In this document: positions 14,025-31,815 of the stretch, piece by piece | Numbering within the stretch: position 1 is the stretch's first letter | Layout: each line of letters begins with the position of its first letter | Source: the human T2T-CHM13v2.0 reference genome, Homo sapiens | DNA: 64,000 nt | Strand: one strand, 5' to 3' | NCBI RefSeq assembly: GCF_009914755.1 | Contig: NC_060934.1 | Position numbers and translations under genes: made by a program | Notes under the pieces: model-generated | The model's database searches: none | Seen by the model: the letters and a program-made list of their open reading frames with translations, nothing else | Told to the model about the DNA's origin: nothing

Positions 14025-14392
14025 CTTTCTTATCTCTTTAAAGACTCTATCTCCAAAAATACTGTCATATTCTGAGGTACTGGGGACTTCATCATAGGAA
14101 TTTGGGAGGGAGAGGGACGTAATTCAACCAATTACATGGAATCGTGCCACTACTGGCCCCCATGAATACCTAGAGATACAGCTGTTTTGGATTTTACAAG
14201 ACTGTGGTGGAAGAGTCTTCATATAAAAACAGAATACTTACGGACCTGTAAGGAGTCAATTTTCATTTAATCAATCACAGACCCATTTATTATCATAACC
14301 CTGTTATCATACACATATAATTATCATGTCAATATCAATAAATGTTTATGGAATGAACAAATAACTCTTCTTTCTTTGTAAGAGGGATTTGA

Positions 14393-14695
14393 GGCCGGGT
14401 GCCATGGCTCACGTCTGTAATCCCAGTGGTTTGGGAGGCTGAGGTGGGAAGATTGCTTGAGGCCAGGGGTTCAAGACCACCCTGAGCAACATAGCAAGAC
14501 CCCATCTTTACAAAAAAATTTAAAAGTTAGCAGGATATGGTGGCACAGGCCTGAAATCCCAGCTACTCAGGAGGCTGAAGTGGGAGGATCATTTGAGTCC
14601 AGGAATTTGAGGCTGCAGTGAACTATAACTGTGCCACTGCACTGCAGCTTGGGTGACAGAATGAGACCCTGTCTCTACAAAGGAAAAAAAAAAAA
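14393..14695 (+). mobile_element. AluJ
   Basis: TSD ggatttga. Confidence 0.9.
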
Positions 14696-15000
14696 GGATT
14701 TGACAGTTGAGAGGCAGACCAAGGTCTCAGGTTACTCTCCTGGATTGCTTCTTATTGAAGGACTTGTGGGCAGTCTCTAGTGGACTATAAAGCATCATGA
14801 ATAATTAAAATTAAACAACGCTTGTCAAAATCAATGAATAGAGCACTCTTTATGACACAATACTGCAGTCTGCTGGCTTGGTCACCAATTTGGAAACTCT
14901 GTCGCCTGGTCCCGAGGCTGCCCACCCTAAGTATGAGGTCCTGCCCTGGCCATGGAGGAAGAAATGCCCAGGAAAGAGCATCCTTCTAAATGAGCTTCCA

Positions 15001-15458
<458 letters not shown>

Positions 15459-15865
15459 GCGCTTCTGTGACAGTGGCGAGATTGGCAGGGATGGGGATGA
15501 GGATTTTCCATGTCAGCCCCAGTCCAGACTAGAACCAAACAAATCTCCTGGTTAATTAATGAGCCTGCTACATACAAGTTTATGGGAAGATGAGCCCTGA
15601 CTAGAATGTGAGCCTTGCTCTGGAGGGTTCTAGCTTTAGTCTGTTGACTGTGTCCGCTGAAGACAAGTCCCTGCTCTGGGAACATAGTTTTCCCTTAGCT
15701 AATCTTTCATCATCATCACTGCATCCATGAGACAGGCCCATGTCAGGAGTAGCTCCAAGTCAACCCAGTCCTTAGAAGGAGGGGTGAAGCTGTGGGACAA
15801 AGCCAGGAAAAGATGTGAGAAATTGAATTCTGTAATGTCTAAGGGCCAAGGATGGGCTGATTCTT

Positions 15866-15917
15866 TTTTTCTTTAATTGAGGTAAAATATACATAATATA
15901 AAATTTACCATTTAACC
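15866..15917 (-). mobile_element. L1M 3'-terminal fragment
   Basis: ttaattgaggtaaaatatacataa..aaatttaccatttaacc resembles L1MA/MB end. Confidence 0.6.
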
Positions 15918-16708
<791 letters not shown>

Positions 16709-16749
16709 TGACACATCTCCTTTGGATCCCATAGCTCTATATCTGTATG

Positions 16750-16935
16750 CTTCTACCATCTGTACCACTTTCTACATTGGAGGTTTATTTATATGTATAT
16801 CTTAAGTTTCCTACTAAACCATAAACTTCCTTAGGGCAGCAACTATACCTCATTCATTTTGGAAGCCCCAATAGCACCCAGCACCATCTGTGGATTGTAG
16901 CTCGTGGGTAATAACTATTTAGTAAATAGATGAAC
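16750..16935 (+). mobile_element. L2 3' fragment
   Basis: taaacttccttagggcag..ccccaatagcacccagcac. Confidence 0.5.
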
Positions 16936-17169
16936 CTAATATTATATTAATATTAAACATTGAAGAAACAAGTCTACTCATTCCCTGGGGTTCTTCAAGG
17001 AAAGCACTACCACTCATGTCTGCTTAGATATTATTATTAATAGCAGTTGAGTAATAATAATAATACCACTGTGGAAATATTAGGCCACATCCAAAATATG
17101 CGCAATTCCAGATCTACCACAAGTTGTTTCTATCCCAGGTATTGGGGATAATCTAAAAAGAGCTCTAAA

Positions 17170-17500
17170 AAGAGCTCAGGGGAAAGGTTATCAGAAGAAC
17201 AAAGCATCTAGAAGCTGTCAGGTGAAAAACAGTTCAGTGAATTGACTATTTGGCTCACAGACAAGAAGACTAAGGAGAGAGACATCATAAGTGTTTGCAA
17301 ATATCTGGAAGGCTTTCTTGTAGAAGAGGAAGCAGACTTAGTTTTGCTGTAGAGGCAGAGCCAGGACCAGTGGATTTAGGAGCAAGGAGACAAAATTCAA
17401 AATACAAGAGAATTGTTAAACTTTTAAATTAGAGCTCTCCCACAATAGAGTAGACTGATAAGATTGTGAGCTGTCTGTCAACACAGACACAGTCAAGAAT
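17170..17500 (+). mobile_element. L3/CR1 LINE 3' fragment
   Basis: aagaagactaaggagagac..caaatatctggaaggct..gtagaagaggaagcagactta..ggcagagccaggaccagtgg. Confidence 0.65.
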
Positions 17501-17552
17501 GCCGTAGGAAGGAAAATACAAATGAGATCTGAAAGATTCTCGTTCTGACCAT

Positions 17553-18168
<616 letters not shown>

Positions 18169-19201
18169 ATCCTGTTCGGTTTCAGGGATGCAATATCCTC
18201 TTTTATCTCTCTGAGGATATTAACTCTGTGTCCTCATAAAAAATGAGCTTCTGCTTATTGAGTTTGATATCACTCTTCAGGATATTGGTTTTGTAAAAAA
18301 TGATTGCCCATTCTTAGGTGTGAACTCATATGATGGCTGGCATGTCCTTGTAGCCTGTCTAGAGTGCTTTCTTTGCTTCCCAGCATTCTTAAGAAGGGGT
18401 GAGCTATACCAACTGTCAAGTGGGCTATACCCATAGTCAGTCTCCTGGATATGGGGACACCCCATTATTTCTGAGTGTTTACAAGTCTTCTTCCAAAGCT
18501 CACATTCATTGCTCCTACCCAAGGGCAGACACCTCTACTTGGCAAGGAGAGGTCGGAGCTTATCTCATCTGGCTGCTCCTAATGCATGTCGCAAACCAGT
18601 TACCCCCAGGTTTGCCTCTGGGCTCCCCTCTTACTCCTCACAAGCTGTACCTCCCAGCTTGGGGTTGGAGGCTTGGAGCATTCCAGAATGACTTCCTCCT
18701 TCTACAACAGTCGTTTGCTTTCAGAAAAACAGCCTCCTCTATGAACGAACCCTGCCTGCCTTCCCTTATTTAGATATTCCTTCTTATTTCTGGTCCTCCA
18801 AGAATACCCCTTCCTGTTCTCCAGCCCTATTATGGGTTTATTATTTTAAACTTGTAATCTCTTTTCTGTCATTTTTAGGCATCTGTGCTCAGTTAACCAT
18901 CTTAATTCAATCTTCTGTCTCTTCCAATTCTAAATGTTATAATTTTATAAATGCAAAGGGGAAAGTAAACAAAAAATACAGTCATTACAAAAATAGCTCA
19001 TTTTAAAGCTGTGGTTTTTTTCCTAATTATATCAACAATTAGGTAGTGATCTACCACCCATTACTATGGGTAGGGACCTCTACAAGTCTTAGCAAACACA
19101 AAAACATGTCATCTGCCACCCTAGACACCTGGAAAATCTAGCTACAATTTAAAGTGAATTAATTTAAATTTGTATCAAAGTAACTCATCAATGTAGTTTT
19201 A

Positions 19202-19531
<330 letters not shown>

Positions 19532-20039
19532 TTAAGACCCATCTCCCAGGCCTCCCCAACTGGAATCGTGCTTTCTAATGATATCGACTTCAAAACTATC
19601 CCCTATGGCATTTTCCTCCGTCATTCTTAGTAATGTGTTTATAGCACCATGTTTCACCGAATCCCTTTTGAAATGTAATCGTCTGTTATCCTAGATGAGG
19701 ATTTGGCTTTCTTTCCCCGCTGCTGTCCTGACTTCTCATTCTTCCTAACTTATATCATAAGTTTTGGGTAAATCAATATTTGGAATTCACATTATTATGA
19801 CTATGTAAATGTTTTTTATTTTTTGGCTGAGGTAAGTAGAAGAGCATATGTTCCTTTTCTTATTTAAAATTTAAATTTTTTTTTGCTTTGCTTTTTATAT
19901 TACAAGATATCATCATGCAAAGTCCCTAAATGTTCCTGGAGTTATTGACTAAATATTTTTTTAAATTTGTGCAATCATTAATTCTAAATACTCCAACAGC
20001 TCTGTAATATGCCTCTTGATACTATTTTTCACACAAGGA

Positions 20040-20940
20040 CATTGGTTTTGTTTTGTTTTATCCAGCAGAGCTTCTTCTTGGAGGCTTCTCTCCTCATAGT
20101 CTAACTTGAACTGGTTGTTTCCTATGCCTCCCATATAGCCATCATCTTGTGTTTCATTCTCTGGTTTCTATAATTTCTGTTTCTTGCTTTCTCTCTTATT
20201 TTTCCAAAGAACATCATTCTGTATATCATACACACTTGTGTATGAAAGGTAAAATACTTGTGGATTTAAATATGTGACAGTATCTTTTTTTTTTTTTTTT
20301 GAGACAGAGTCTTACTCTGTTGCCCAGCCTGGCATGCAGTGGTGTGATCTCAACTCACTGCAACCTCTGTCGTCTCCTGGGTTCAAGTGATCTTCCGGCA
20401 TCAGCCTCCAGAGTAGCTGGGACTACAGGCACGTGCCACCACACCCGGCTAATTTTTGTATTTTTGGTAGAGACAGGGTTTCACCATGTTGGCCAGGCTG
20501 GTCTCAAACTCCTAACCTCAAGTGATCCACCTGCCTCAGCCTCCCAAATTGCTGGAATTACAAGCGTGAGCCACCACGCCCAGTCCACAAAAAGATCTTT
20601 TTTTTTTCTATCTTTATACTTTGTTCATAATTTGGCTGGATGTGGAAATTGAAGTAAAAAAACAAAGACACCTTGGTTTTTTTGAAGATCAAAAACGAAT
20701 CCATTGATCTATAGCTTCTGCTATTGTTGTGAAGAGATTCAATGCCATTTTGATTCTTGATACTTTTTATGTAAACCTTTGTGTATTTTTTTCCTCTCTA
20801 GAAATTTTTAGGATCTTCTCTTTATTTTTTTAGGTTCTGGAATTTCCCAGTGATGTTTGTGGTTTGGGTCCTTTGTGGTAGGTGTACAACAGGCCCTTTT
20901 AAATCTAGAGACTCAGATTGACAATAATTTCTTGTTTCCT
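20040..20940 (-). mobile_element. Old L1M (L1ME-like) fragment
   Basis: aatttggctgga..ctgctattgttgtgaaga..ttctggaatttcccagtgatg typical of antisense L1M 5'/ORF1 region. Confidence 0.45.
20285..20586 (-). mobile_element. AluS
   Basis: Full reverse Alu. Confidence 0.9.
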
Positions 20941-21032
20941 AAGTGTGTGGGATGGAGTTAGGGTGGGTGGGTAGGTAGATAACATGTCTGGATATATAAG
21001 GAAAAGGAGACAACCTATATTGTGTATGTAGT

Positions 21033-21336
21033 CTTTTTTTTTTTTTTTTTTTTGAGACAGGATCTTGCTCTGTTGCCCAGGCTGGAGTACAGTGAAGTGA
21101 TCATAGCTCACTGCAATGGGGACCTCCCAGGCTCATGCAATCCTCCCACCTTAGCTTCCTAAATAGCTGGGACTACAAGTGTGTGCCACCAGGCCTGGTT
21201 AATTTTTAAAAATTTTTTTGTAGAGATGGGGTCTTGCAATATTGCCCAGGCGAGTCTTGAACTCCTGGCTTAAATGATCTTCCCTCCTGGGCCTCTCAAA
21301 GTGCTGGGATTACAGGCATGAGCCGCCATGCCTGGA
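21033..21336 (-). mobile_element. AluJ
   Basis: TSD tgtgta(t/g)gtagtctttt. Confidence 0.9.
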
Positions 21337-21793
21337 CTGTGTAGGTAGTCTTTTCATCCAATATCCATCTTTTCAGTTCTGTGCCTAATACAATCTTCCA
21401 TATTAGTTGGTGATTCCAAAACATCATGCCCTCTGGGGCTCTGGTGGGGGTAAGTAGGAAAAATGACTCTCTTTTCTTTGTTTTTCCCCCTTTGCAGGCA
21501 TTTAGATGGTTGGGGTCTCAAATCTGCATATAATATCTCATCCATCTATTTTTTTATTCTTCTAAAGAGACATTAACGTATCATTCATTGGTCTTTCCAA
21601 CTTTTTACATTTTTATTCCTGACATTTTATTATTAACATTTTGTTAGATTTATTAGGTATTTGTTAAATCTGCCATATTTAAGCAAAAGTCTAAGGAGTT
21701 GTTAGAGTGAGTCTTTGAAGCCAGAAATGACCATAGTTTGCTGTCCATGGAATGACTGGGGACATGTTTCTGAACAGGACAGAGAATAGGGAT

Positions 21794-22115
<322 letters not shown>

Positions 22116-22477
22116 TCATACCTTGTAAGTATTATATAGGTGTTTGCTATGATTATTGCTGTTATTTCAAATGACAGGTGTTGCTTTGTTTTTTTTAAGA
22201 AAACCATTAGAAGAAAAACAAAACAGAATAGTCTGCAGCTGTTGATCCAATACAAGATGTGGAGCTCATTCTGTAGGAACTAAGCCTCAGATGACATACA
22301 AGGTCTGCTTTAGGAAGACCCACTAGATTCTTTTGCTGTATGAGTTGTTGGTATTTCCAAGGTGAATGTTAAAGTTTGCCTAATAAAGCCAACGGGCCCA
22401 GAGTGGGTTGGGGATACTCCGTGTGGGCTCACGTGGCGTCCCTAGATGTCCTCTTCCCTTCTCTTCAGGAAAGCCCC

Positions 22478-22780
<303 letters not shown>

Positions 22781-23079
22781 AGGAAAGCCCCTTTCTTATT
22801 TGATTCCTTTCAATAAATAGCTGCCGTGTGCTTGGAAGGGTACGACGAACTCAGGATTTGGATGGGAAGTTTTTGTGGGAAGTGGGACGCTATGCTCTGG
22901 CGGATCTGTGACATTGAACCCTTGCCTGATGTGGGAAAAGAAAGGGGCTGGCAGGGGCTGGGACCCACACAGGAGCGGGAGGTCAGCAAGCTCTAGCAGA
23001 CATCCGGATGCCCTAACCCCGACTTCTTCCGTTCCAAAGGAGGACCTCTGGTGTGCTGGAAAGAGCCCGAATTCAGAGT

Positions 23080-23225
23080 CTGTTTGATCTGAGTTCCAGT
23101 TTTATCCCCGATTCAATTTCTCACAGCTTTATGAACTTTGCTTTTTTCATCTGTAAAACGAATACTTCTTAGTGTTGTCACGTAAATGGATGAGTTTGCA
23201 TATTTAAAAATTGTCTAGTGTATCC
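23080..23225 (+). mobile_element. MIR fragment
   Basis: tttttcatctgtaaaa core. Confidence 0.5.
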
Positions 23226-23891
23226 TAGAACTCCCTTTAGCTCCCATTTTTTTGCTCCTTTTCCCACTGTACATAATTATCAGTCCAAAATATAACTCCC
23301 AGATTCCCACAGCAAGACAGGATCTGGCCCAGGCAACACCGGAATGCAATTACACCGCTCCACTGCAATTATGTTACTATAGGACATTCCCTTTTAAAGG
23401 ATCTGCAGAGGTTAAATTTTTCAGGACTATCTGAAATTCTCTCTGATAATGACTTGTTTTGCTCAGCAATTGAATAATGTTGTATTTAATCAATTAAACA
23501 TTATTTATTAAGCCCTGTCCAATATCCTGGGTAATATGGGGGACATAGAGGAAGAAGAAAAGACCTTACAATTTTGTGAAAGAAACCAAACAACTAGATA
23601 AGTCATCTAGAACTAAACCAAGTAGTGGACTATGGACAAAAGCCTGGAGACTTGTTGAATTTCAGAGTGGGAGAGACCTTGATGGCTTTCTTCACCCAGC
23701 TGTGCAATAGAGCCTAGCATTCATCTTCACCTCTGCAGAGCTAACTGGGATTTAGGGAGTTTCATGCTAATGTGGGGTGGGGTCTGGGGGATTCTGGGAA
23801 TGTGTGCACATGCTGACTTGTCTTCAGGAGCCAAAATGCTTTCCCTGCTCAGAGCTGTTTTAGTACAGGGTTGTTTTCTCATCTTTCTGGG

Positions 23892-23917
23892 AAAAAAAAA
23901 AAAAAAAAAAAAAAAAA
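23892..23917. repeat. Poly(A)26 tract without adjacent retroelement
   Basis: Direct reading. Confidence 0.9.
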
Positions 23918-24205
23918 CCCAAAGGGAGAATGCTAGTGGATACAGCAAGTTCTTTTCAGAACATGTTCTGTGCCAGGCTCAGCTGCCTACCAATTTTTAA
24001 TTTTTTGGCAATTTGCTAGATGTGGAGCCTCATTTTTAAAAATTGCTCTCTTCTCTAGAGTACAGATTCTTTTCCTGCCTGCACTCCTCCATTTTTCTCA
24101 TAGAGAATAGACTTCTGTTTCAGGCATCCATGATATACTTGGCATGTATCTACATTACTTCTCATTCATAGATCTTCAAACCCTCTGAAAAGAGAACTAA
24201 AAATG

Positions 24206-24510
24206 GGCCAGGTGTGGTGGCTCACACCTGTAATCCCAGCAGTTTGGGAGGCCGAGGCTGGCAGATCACTTGAGGTTTGGAGTTCGAGACCAGCCTGGCC
24301 AACAGGGTGAAACCCTGTCTCTACAAAAAATAGAAAAATTAGGCAGGTGTGGTGGCCGGCGCCCGTAATCCCAGCTACTCAGAGGCTGAGGCAGGAGAAT
24401 GGCTTGAACCCAGGAGGCGGAGGTTGCAATGAGCCAAGATTGTGCCACTGCACTCCAGCCTGGGCGACAGAGTGAGACTCCATCTCAAAAAAATAAAACG
24501 AAACAAAAAC
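24206..24510 (+). mobile_element. AluS (Sq/Sx-like)
   Basis: TSD aactaaaa. Confidence 0.9.
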
Positions 24511-25359
24511 CACAACTAAAATCAGCCAGTTAGTGCCCTTCAATTAAGGTTCTATTTATTGGAGCTAGATATTGATTATCGGCAAATGTCTCTGTTTTTT
24601 CCTCTCTCTCCTCTTGTAGAGGAATTGGAAGGTCGTTGTTGCCATGTTGACTTCTGCTTTTCTTCTTTTCTTTACTACTTCTACCTTTCATTCTGATTTG
24701 ACCCACAGTAATACTATTTTCCCTTAATTGGATTGGGTGCTCTGCAGGACTGGAAAATTCCTAGTTTCTGTCTTGCAAATAAATAAAGGCAGATCCACGC
24801 AGAAGAGCAATGCTTTCTTCGTTCTGGCTTTCCTCTGCTATTGAAGTACCTCTGGGACTCATCTAAGTCCATACCAATCTTTTTGAGGGGTCCTAGTTAA
24901 TGTTTCACGTGGGTTTGCAAATATGTCTTTTGAGTGTTGGCCATTTTCTTTGGCTCCCGTAGGAAATACCACCCCGGAAGTTGTAGCTCAGCCCCTCATC
25001 TGAACAAAAGTACTGACACTTTGCTCTCATCAGCTGCAGCTGAAGTCACCCACAACCACTAAAGACATCGTTGTTCTAGGGATGCTGGGGCTGATGTTGG
25101 GGTGTCTCTGCCAACACTGTCCTGAGACTGCCAGTGCCATTATGATGGACTTGCCCACAGATACAGCCCTAGTTCTCGTTCTGGGCTGGGATCTGCAACC
25201 CCTTGTGGGGCAGGCACCACCAGAGCAGGTGCTGGCCTAGGGGCTGCAAATGGTGATACTGTGTGCTGCTTCCCAGGGCTGCAGTCTCAGGGTGTCCATG
25301 GCTCCCTATGCAGAGCTGGCTTTACAGAAGTAGGAATAAACCTTCCCCATCACTTTTAG

Positions 25360-25806
<447 letters not shown>

Positions 25807-26021
25807 TGAAAACATCTATGTCCCAGACAGCATGCTGTTTGCTCCTAGCACACTGAGCATGCTGTTGAAGCAAACTGTTGAGTGCTTCCCCAGTCTTGCT
25901 CCAGTCCATCAAATCATAAATCTACCTCCAACTCTTCTTCCAAATTCCAGTCATAAATGCAGTTTTTAAATCTATTTTTGTGACAGAGAAGTATGACAGT
26001 ATGATGAATAAAACAACTTTT

Positions 26022-26336
26022 AGCTGGGTGCAATAGCTCACACCTGTAATCCCAGCACTTTGGGAGGCTGAGGTGGGAGGATCACTTAGGCCCAGGAGTT
26101 TAATACCATTCTGGGTGACTCCAGCCATAGGAAAACCCCATGTCTACAAAACATTTTTAAAAATTTAAAAATTAGCTGAGTGTGACGGTATGCACCTGAT
26201 GTCCTAGCTACTTGGGAGGCTGAGATAGGACGATCCCTTCAGCCCAGAGTTCAAGGCTATGGTGAGCTGTGATCTCCCTACTGCACTCCAGCCTGGACAA
26301 CAAAGTGAGACCCTATCTCAAAAACAAAACAAAACA
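26022..26336 (+). mobile_element. AluJ
   Basis: Diverged dimer. Confidence 0.88.
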
Positions 26337-26632
26337 ATTCCTGGCACTGTGGCTCATGCCTGCAATCACAGCGCTTTGAGAAGCCAAGGTGAGAGGATCG
26401 CTTGAAGCTAGGAGTTTGAGACCCGCCCAGGCAATATAGCAAGACTCCATGTCTATAAAAAAAAATTAAAGTCTCTGGGCATAGTAGTGGATACCTGTAG
26501 TCCCCCCCTCATTAGGGAGGCTGAGGCAGGAGGATCCCTTGAGCCCAGAAGATTGAGGTTGCAGTGAGCCATGATAATGCCACTGTACTCCAGCCTAGGG
26601 GCAGGGTAAGACTGTCTTAAAAAAAAAAAAAA
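26337..26632 (+). mobile_element. AluJ, tandem to previous
   Basis: Diverged dimer with poly-A. Confidence 0.88.
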
Positions 26633-26743
26633 TCAGAGATAAGAATAAGTTTCATTAGGATAAAATTATATGGAGAAGTAGAATGGATATAAAAAGAAAA
26701 AATATATTTTATTTTCAAATATTAAACAATGACTTTCATATTC

Positions 26744-27054
26744 TTTTTTTGTTTTTTGTTTTTTTTTTGAGACGGAGTCTCGCTCTGTCATGCCCAGACT
26801 GGAGTGCAGCGGCACGATCTCGTCTCACTGCAATCTCCGCCTCCCGGGTTCAAACGATTCTCTCGGCTCAGCTACCGAGTAGCTGGGATTTCAGGCATGT
26901 GCCGCCATGCCCAGTGAATTTTTTAAATAGTTTTAGTAGAGACGGAGTTTGACCATATTGGCCAGGCCGGTGTCAAACTCCCAACCTCAGGTGATCCACC
27001 CGCCTTGGCCTCCCAAAGTGCTGGGATTACAGGCATGAGCCACCGTGTCTGGCC
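26744..27054 (-). mobile_element. AluS
   Basis: TSD tcatat(t/a)cttttt. Confidence 0.92.
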
Positions 27055-28152
27055 TCATATACTTTTTAGTGAATGAAAATGAGTATTAAATTGCTCAGAT
27101 ATTTAGATTCCATCGGAGACGTTTAAAAGTGATCTGTGGGTTTAGTTTACAATATTAACATTTACAATCCGCTGGAAATTACATCCTTGGCAGCTATTTA
27201 AACTTATGTTGAAAAATTTTAGATGTTATCCTTCAAACAGGTGAGAAAGTGCTGCATAGTTTTTCAAACTTCTTCTTTTTTTTTTTATTTTGAGTGGAGG
27301 TGGGGAGTTGTGAGTAAAATGTTTAAGGACCCCCAATTTAGAGTGTTTTGCAAATATGCTCTGAACAACTGACCGATTTCTATAAATTTGTTTTTTCACA
27401 TGTTGTTTGTTCACGTAAATATTTTATAAGTTTGTTTAAATTTATTTTTCACTGGAAACCATGAAAAGCCATAGTTAATGCTAGAAAAGTAAGTTCATTC
27501 GGCTTAATGCTCTATCCCTTAATTGCTGCTCAATCTACTGCTATCCAGACGCTTGTGAAAGCAAGTGGATCTGAAGTTACCAATTGCTAGATCAGAACAG
27601 AGCCTGCGGGGAACCATCTTGACAGTTCTATTTTAAAGCCTAATCTGTTCCCATTCTCTGCTGCCTCCCTCGTCTTCTTCTGTTTTTTAATGTTCAAAAA
27701 ATAAAAAAACAAGGTGGCAAAACCCAAGATTACTTGGCAAGAAGGACGGGTGGGAAGTGGAACATAATTAGCTTTCTATGTGATGTTATTTTTAATGCCA
27801 TTCCAACCTTCAAATATCAGTTGGGAGGGGAGAGTTTAGAATAAATCGGTAACTTGATTATTAAAAGAACCCTTCTCTGTTTGGGAAAAGAATAACTGTC
27901 CCAGGAAAAGGGGGCTCACAGGGATGCTCTTTCCATAAACACCTTTATACTCTTCTTTGTTGGTTGTAAGAAAAATAGCATTCAGGGGCCAGAAATGGAG
28001 AGAAGACAGGGATTTCCTTTAGCAAAGGAATTGCAGGGAATTTGGGTTCTTAGGATCAGTGGTCAAAGATAATATTCTTTTACTAGGGCAATTAGAGCTA
28101 GCAGAAGATCCATTTATTCCAGCAGCAGAGAAAACTGTGCAATGGCTTTAAA

Positions 28153-28432
28153 ATTTTTTTTATTTTTATTTTTTTTGAGACAGGGTCGCCCAGGCTTGGG
28201 TGCAGTGGCACACTCATAGCTCACTGCAGCCTTGACCTCCTGGGCTCAAGCGATGCTCCTGCCTTAGCCTCCCCAGTAGCTGGGATTACAGGTGTGCACC
28301 ATCCTGCCCAGCTAGTTTTTAAAATTTTGTGTAGAGACAGGGTCTCGACATGTTGCCCACACTGGTCTCAAACTCCTGAGCTCAGGACAATCCTCCTTCC
28401 TTGGCCTCCCAAAGTGCAGGGATTATAAGCAG
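28153..28432 (-). mobile_element. AluJ, slightly 5'-truncated
   Basis: TSD-like ctgtgcaa..cttt. Confidence 0.88.
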
Positions 28433-28719
28433 CCTGTGCAAAGACTTTTAATGCCAAAGCCGTTGTGTAAAAGTTGAGCATAAGCCCCACAAGGCTTTTA
28501 GACTCTGAAGAACAAGTTGAGTGAATTAAGTTTGTTTCCTCCTTTGCCCTGTTTATGAACATCAGAGTCACATTTAATAGTAGTGAAAACTGGAAATTTG
28601 GACAGTGAGGAAAAGTTACATCTGTGTATTTGGACTTAGTTAAGTCATGTTCTTCTAAATTCTACTTACTCTAAACTTTATTGGCAACTATTGATATATT
28701 GTGTTTGTTAGATATTTAT

Positions 28720-29009
28720 TCTTTTTTTTTCTTTTGAGACAGGGTCTTGCTGTGTCACTCGGGCAGTGGCATGCTCATGGCTCACTGCAGCCTTGACATC
28801 CCAGGCTCAAGCAATCCTTCCATCTCAGCCTCCCTAGTAGCTGGGACTATAGGCATGCACCACCACACCCAGATAATTTGTGTATTTTTTGTAGAGACAG
28901 GGTTTCACTGTGTTGCCCAGGCTAGTCTCAAAACTCCTGGGATTAAGTGATCCACTTGCCTTGGCCTTCCAAAGTGATGGGATTACAGGCATCAGCCACC
29001 ACACCCAGC
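28720..29009 (-). mobile_element. AluJ
   Basis: TSD aga(t/g)atttattct. Confidence 0.9.
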
Positions 29010-29361
29010 ATCAGAGATTTATTCTGATAAGTGGATACACATGGTTTTTTTACATGTACATAGATGTATAGATACACATATATGTTTTAGAGCAAATGTT
29101 TAGCTTAAGGCTCCTCGTGCAAAATGTTCTGTTGAGCACCACTGCAGTCCAAGGAAAAAAACAGATGGTTGGTTCACTTTCCACAACCAAGCCCAAAACC
29201 CCATTTACCAATCAAAATTGTAGGCACTATGCTTAAGAAAAAATGATCAATGTTTCTAAGCCAACCCAAGCCTCAACTGTCCCACCTAAACAGTTGCCAA
29301 GACTTGATATGAATGTTCACCTATGAAACCTGCCTCAGTCTTTCTTGACTCCTATTTCTAG

Positions 29362-29840
<479 letters not shown>

Positions 29841-29899
29841 AAGTGTTTCATGTTCTGATGAATTAAATATGTGTCCTATGGGAGGTGGGCCATATGAAC

Positions 29900-31225
<1,326 letters not shown>

Positions 31226-31264
31226 TAATAATTAATAAAGCCCTAATAATAATCAAGATGATGA

Positions 31265-31420
31265 TGATAGCTAACATCTACTGAGTGCTTACTAAGTAGC
31301 CAGTCTGGGTCTAATTGCCTGAATCCTCATAAGAACCCTATGAGGTAGGGATCATTATTCATCTTGGGTGAGGAACCGAGGCATTGAGAGATTAAGCAAC
31401 TTGCCCAAGCTCACAACTAT
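31265..31420 (-). mobile_element. MIR
   Basis: atagctaacatctactgagtgcttact..gaggaaccgaggcattgagagattaagcaacttgcccaag. Confidence 0.75.
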
Positions 31421-31446
31421 TCATCCTTTTCAATATATACCCGGGT

Positions 31447-31553
31447 TCCGGGTGCAGTGGCTCACACCTGTAGTCCTAGCACTTCGGGAGGCCAAAGCGG
31501 GTAGAATGCCTGAGGATAGGAGTTTGAGACCAGCCTGGGCAATGTGGCAAAAA
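31447..31553 (+). mobile_element. 3'-truncated Alu left arm
   Basis: Stops after cagcctgggcaatgtggcaaaa. Confidence 0.85.
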
Positions 31554-31577
31554 TCATGTTGATTTAAGAGCCAATAG

Positions 31578-31640
31578 TAATAATAATTAATAAAGCCCTA
31601 ATAATAATAAAGATGATGATGATAGCTAACATCTACTGAG
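31578..31640 (+). repeat. 63-bp direct copy of 31223-31285
   Basis: 62/63 identity by direct comparison. Confidence 0.95.
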
Positions 31641-31648
31641 CATTCTAC

Positions 31649-31815
31649 TGGACCACAATTGTGCACCACCATACCCAGCTAATTTTAAAATTTTTTGTAG
31701 AGATGTGGGTCTTGCTATGTTGCTTAGGCTGGTCTCGAACTCCTTACTCCAGTGATCTTCTTGTCTTGGCCTCATGAAGTGCTGGGATTATAGGCATGAG
31801 TCTCCGTGCTTGGCC
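31649..31815 (-). mobile_element. 3'-truncated AluJ (left arm plus start of right arm)
   Basis: Reverse Alu lacking most of right arm and tail. Confidence 0.85.

Noticed and set aside
22430-22455. E-box CACGTG and weak CTCF-like ccctagatgtcc
   Set aside because: Single short motifs with a poor match and no supporting context.
24585-24640. Strong-looking splice acceptor (polypyrimidine + TAG at ~24619); another at ~21497; donor GAG|GTAAGT at ~19830
   Set aside because: Isolated signals with no paired site or reading frame I can support; common by chance.
28590-28660. Possible L3/CR1 ORF2 remnant (YLD-like motif)
   Set aside because: Similarity too short to call.
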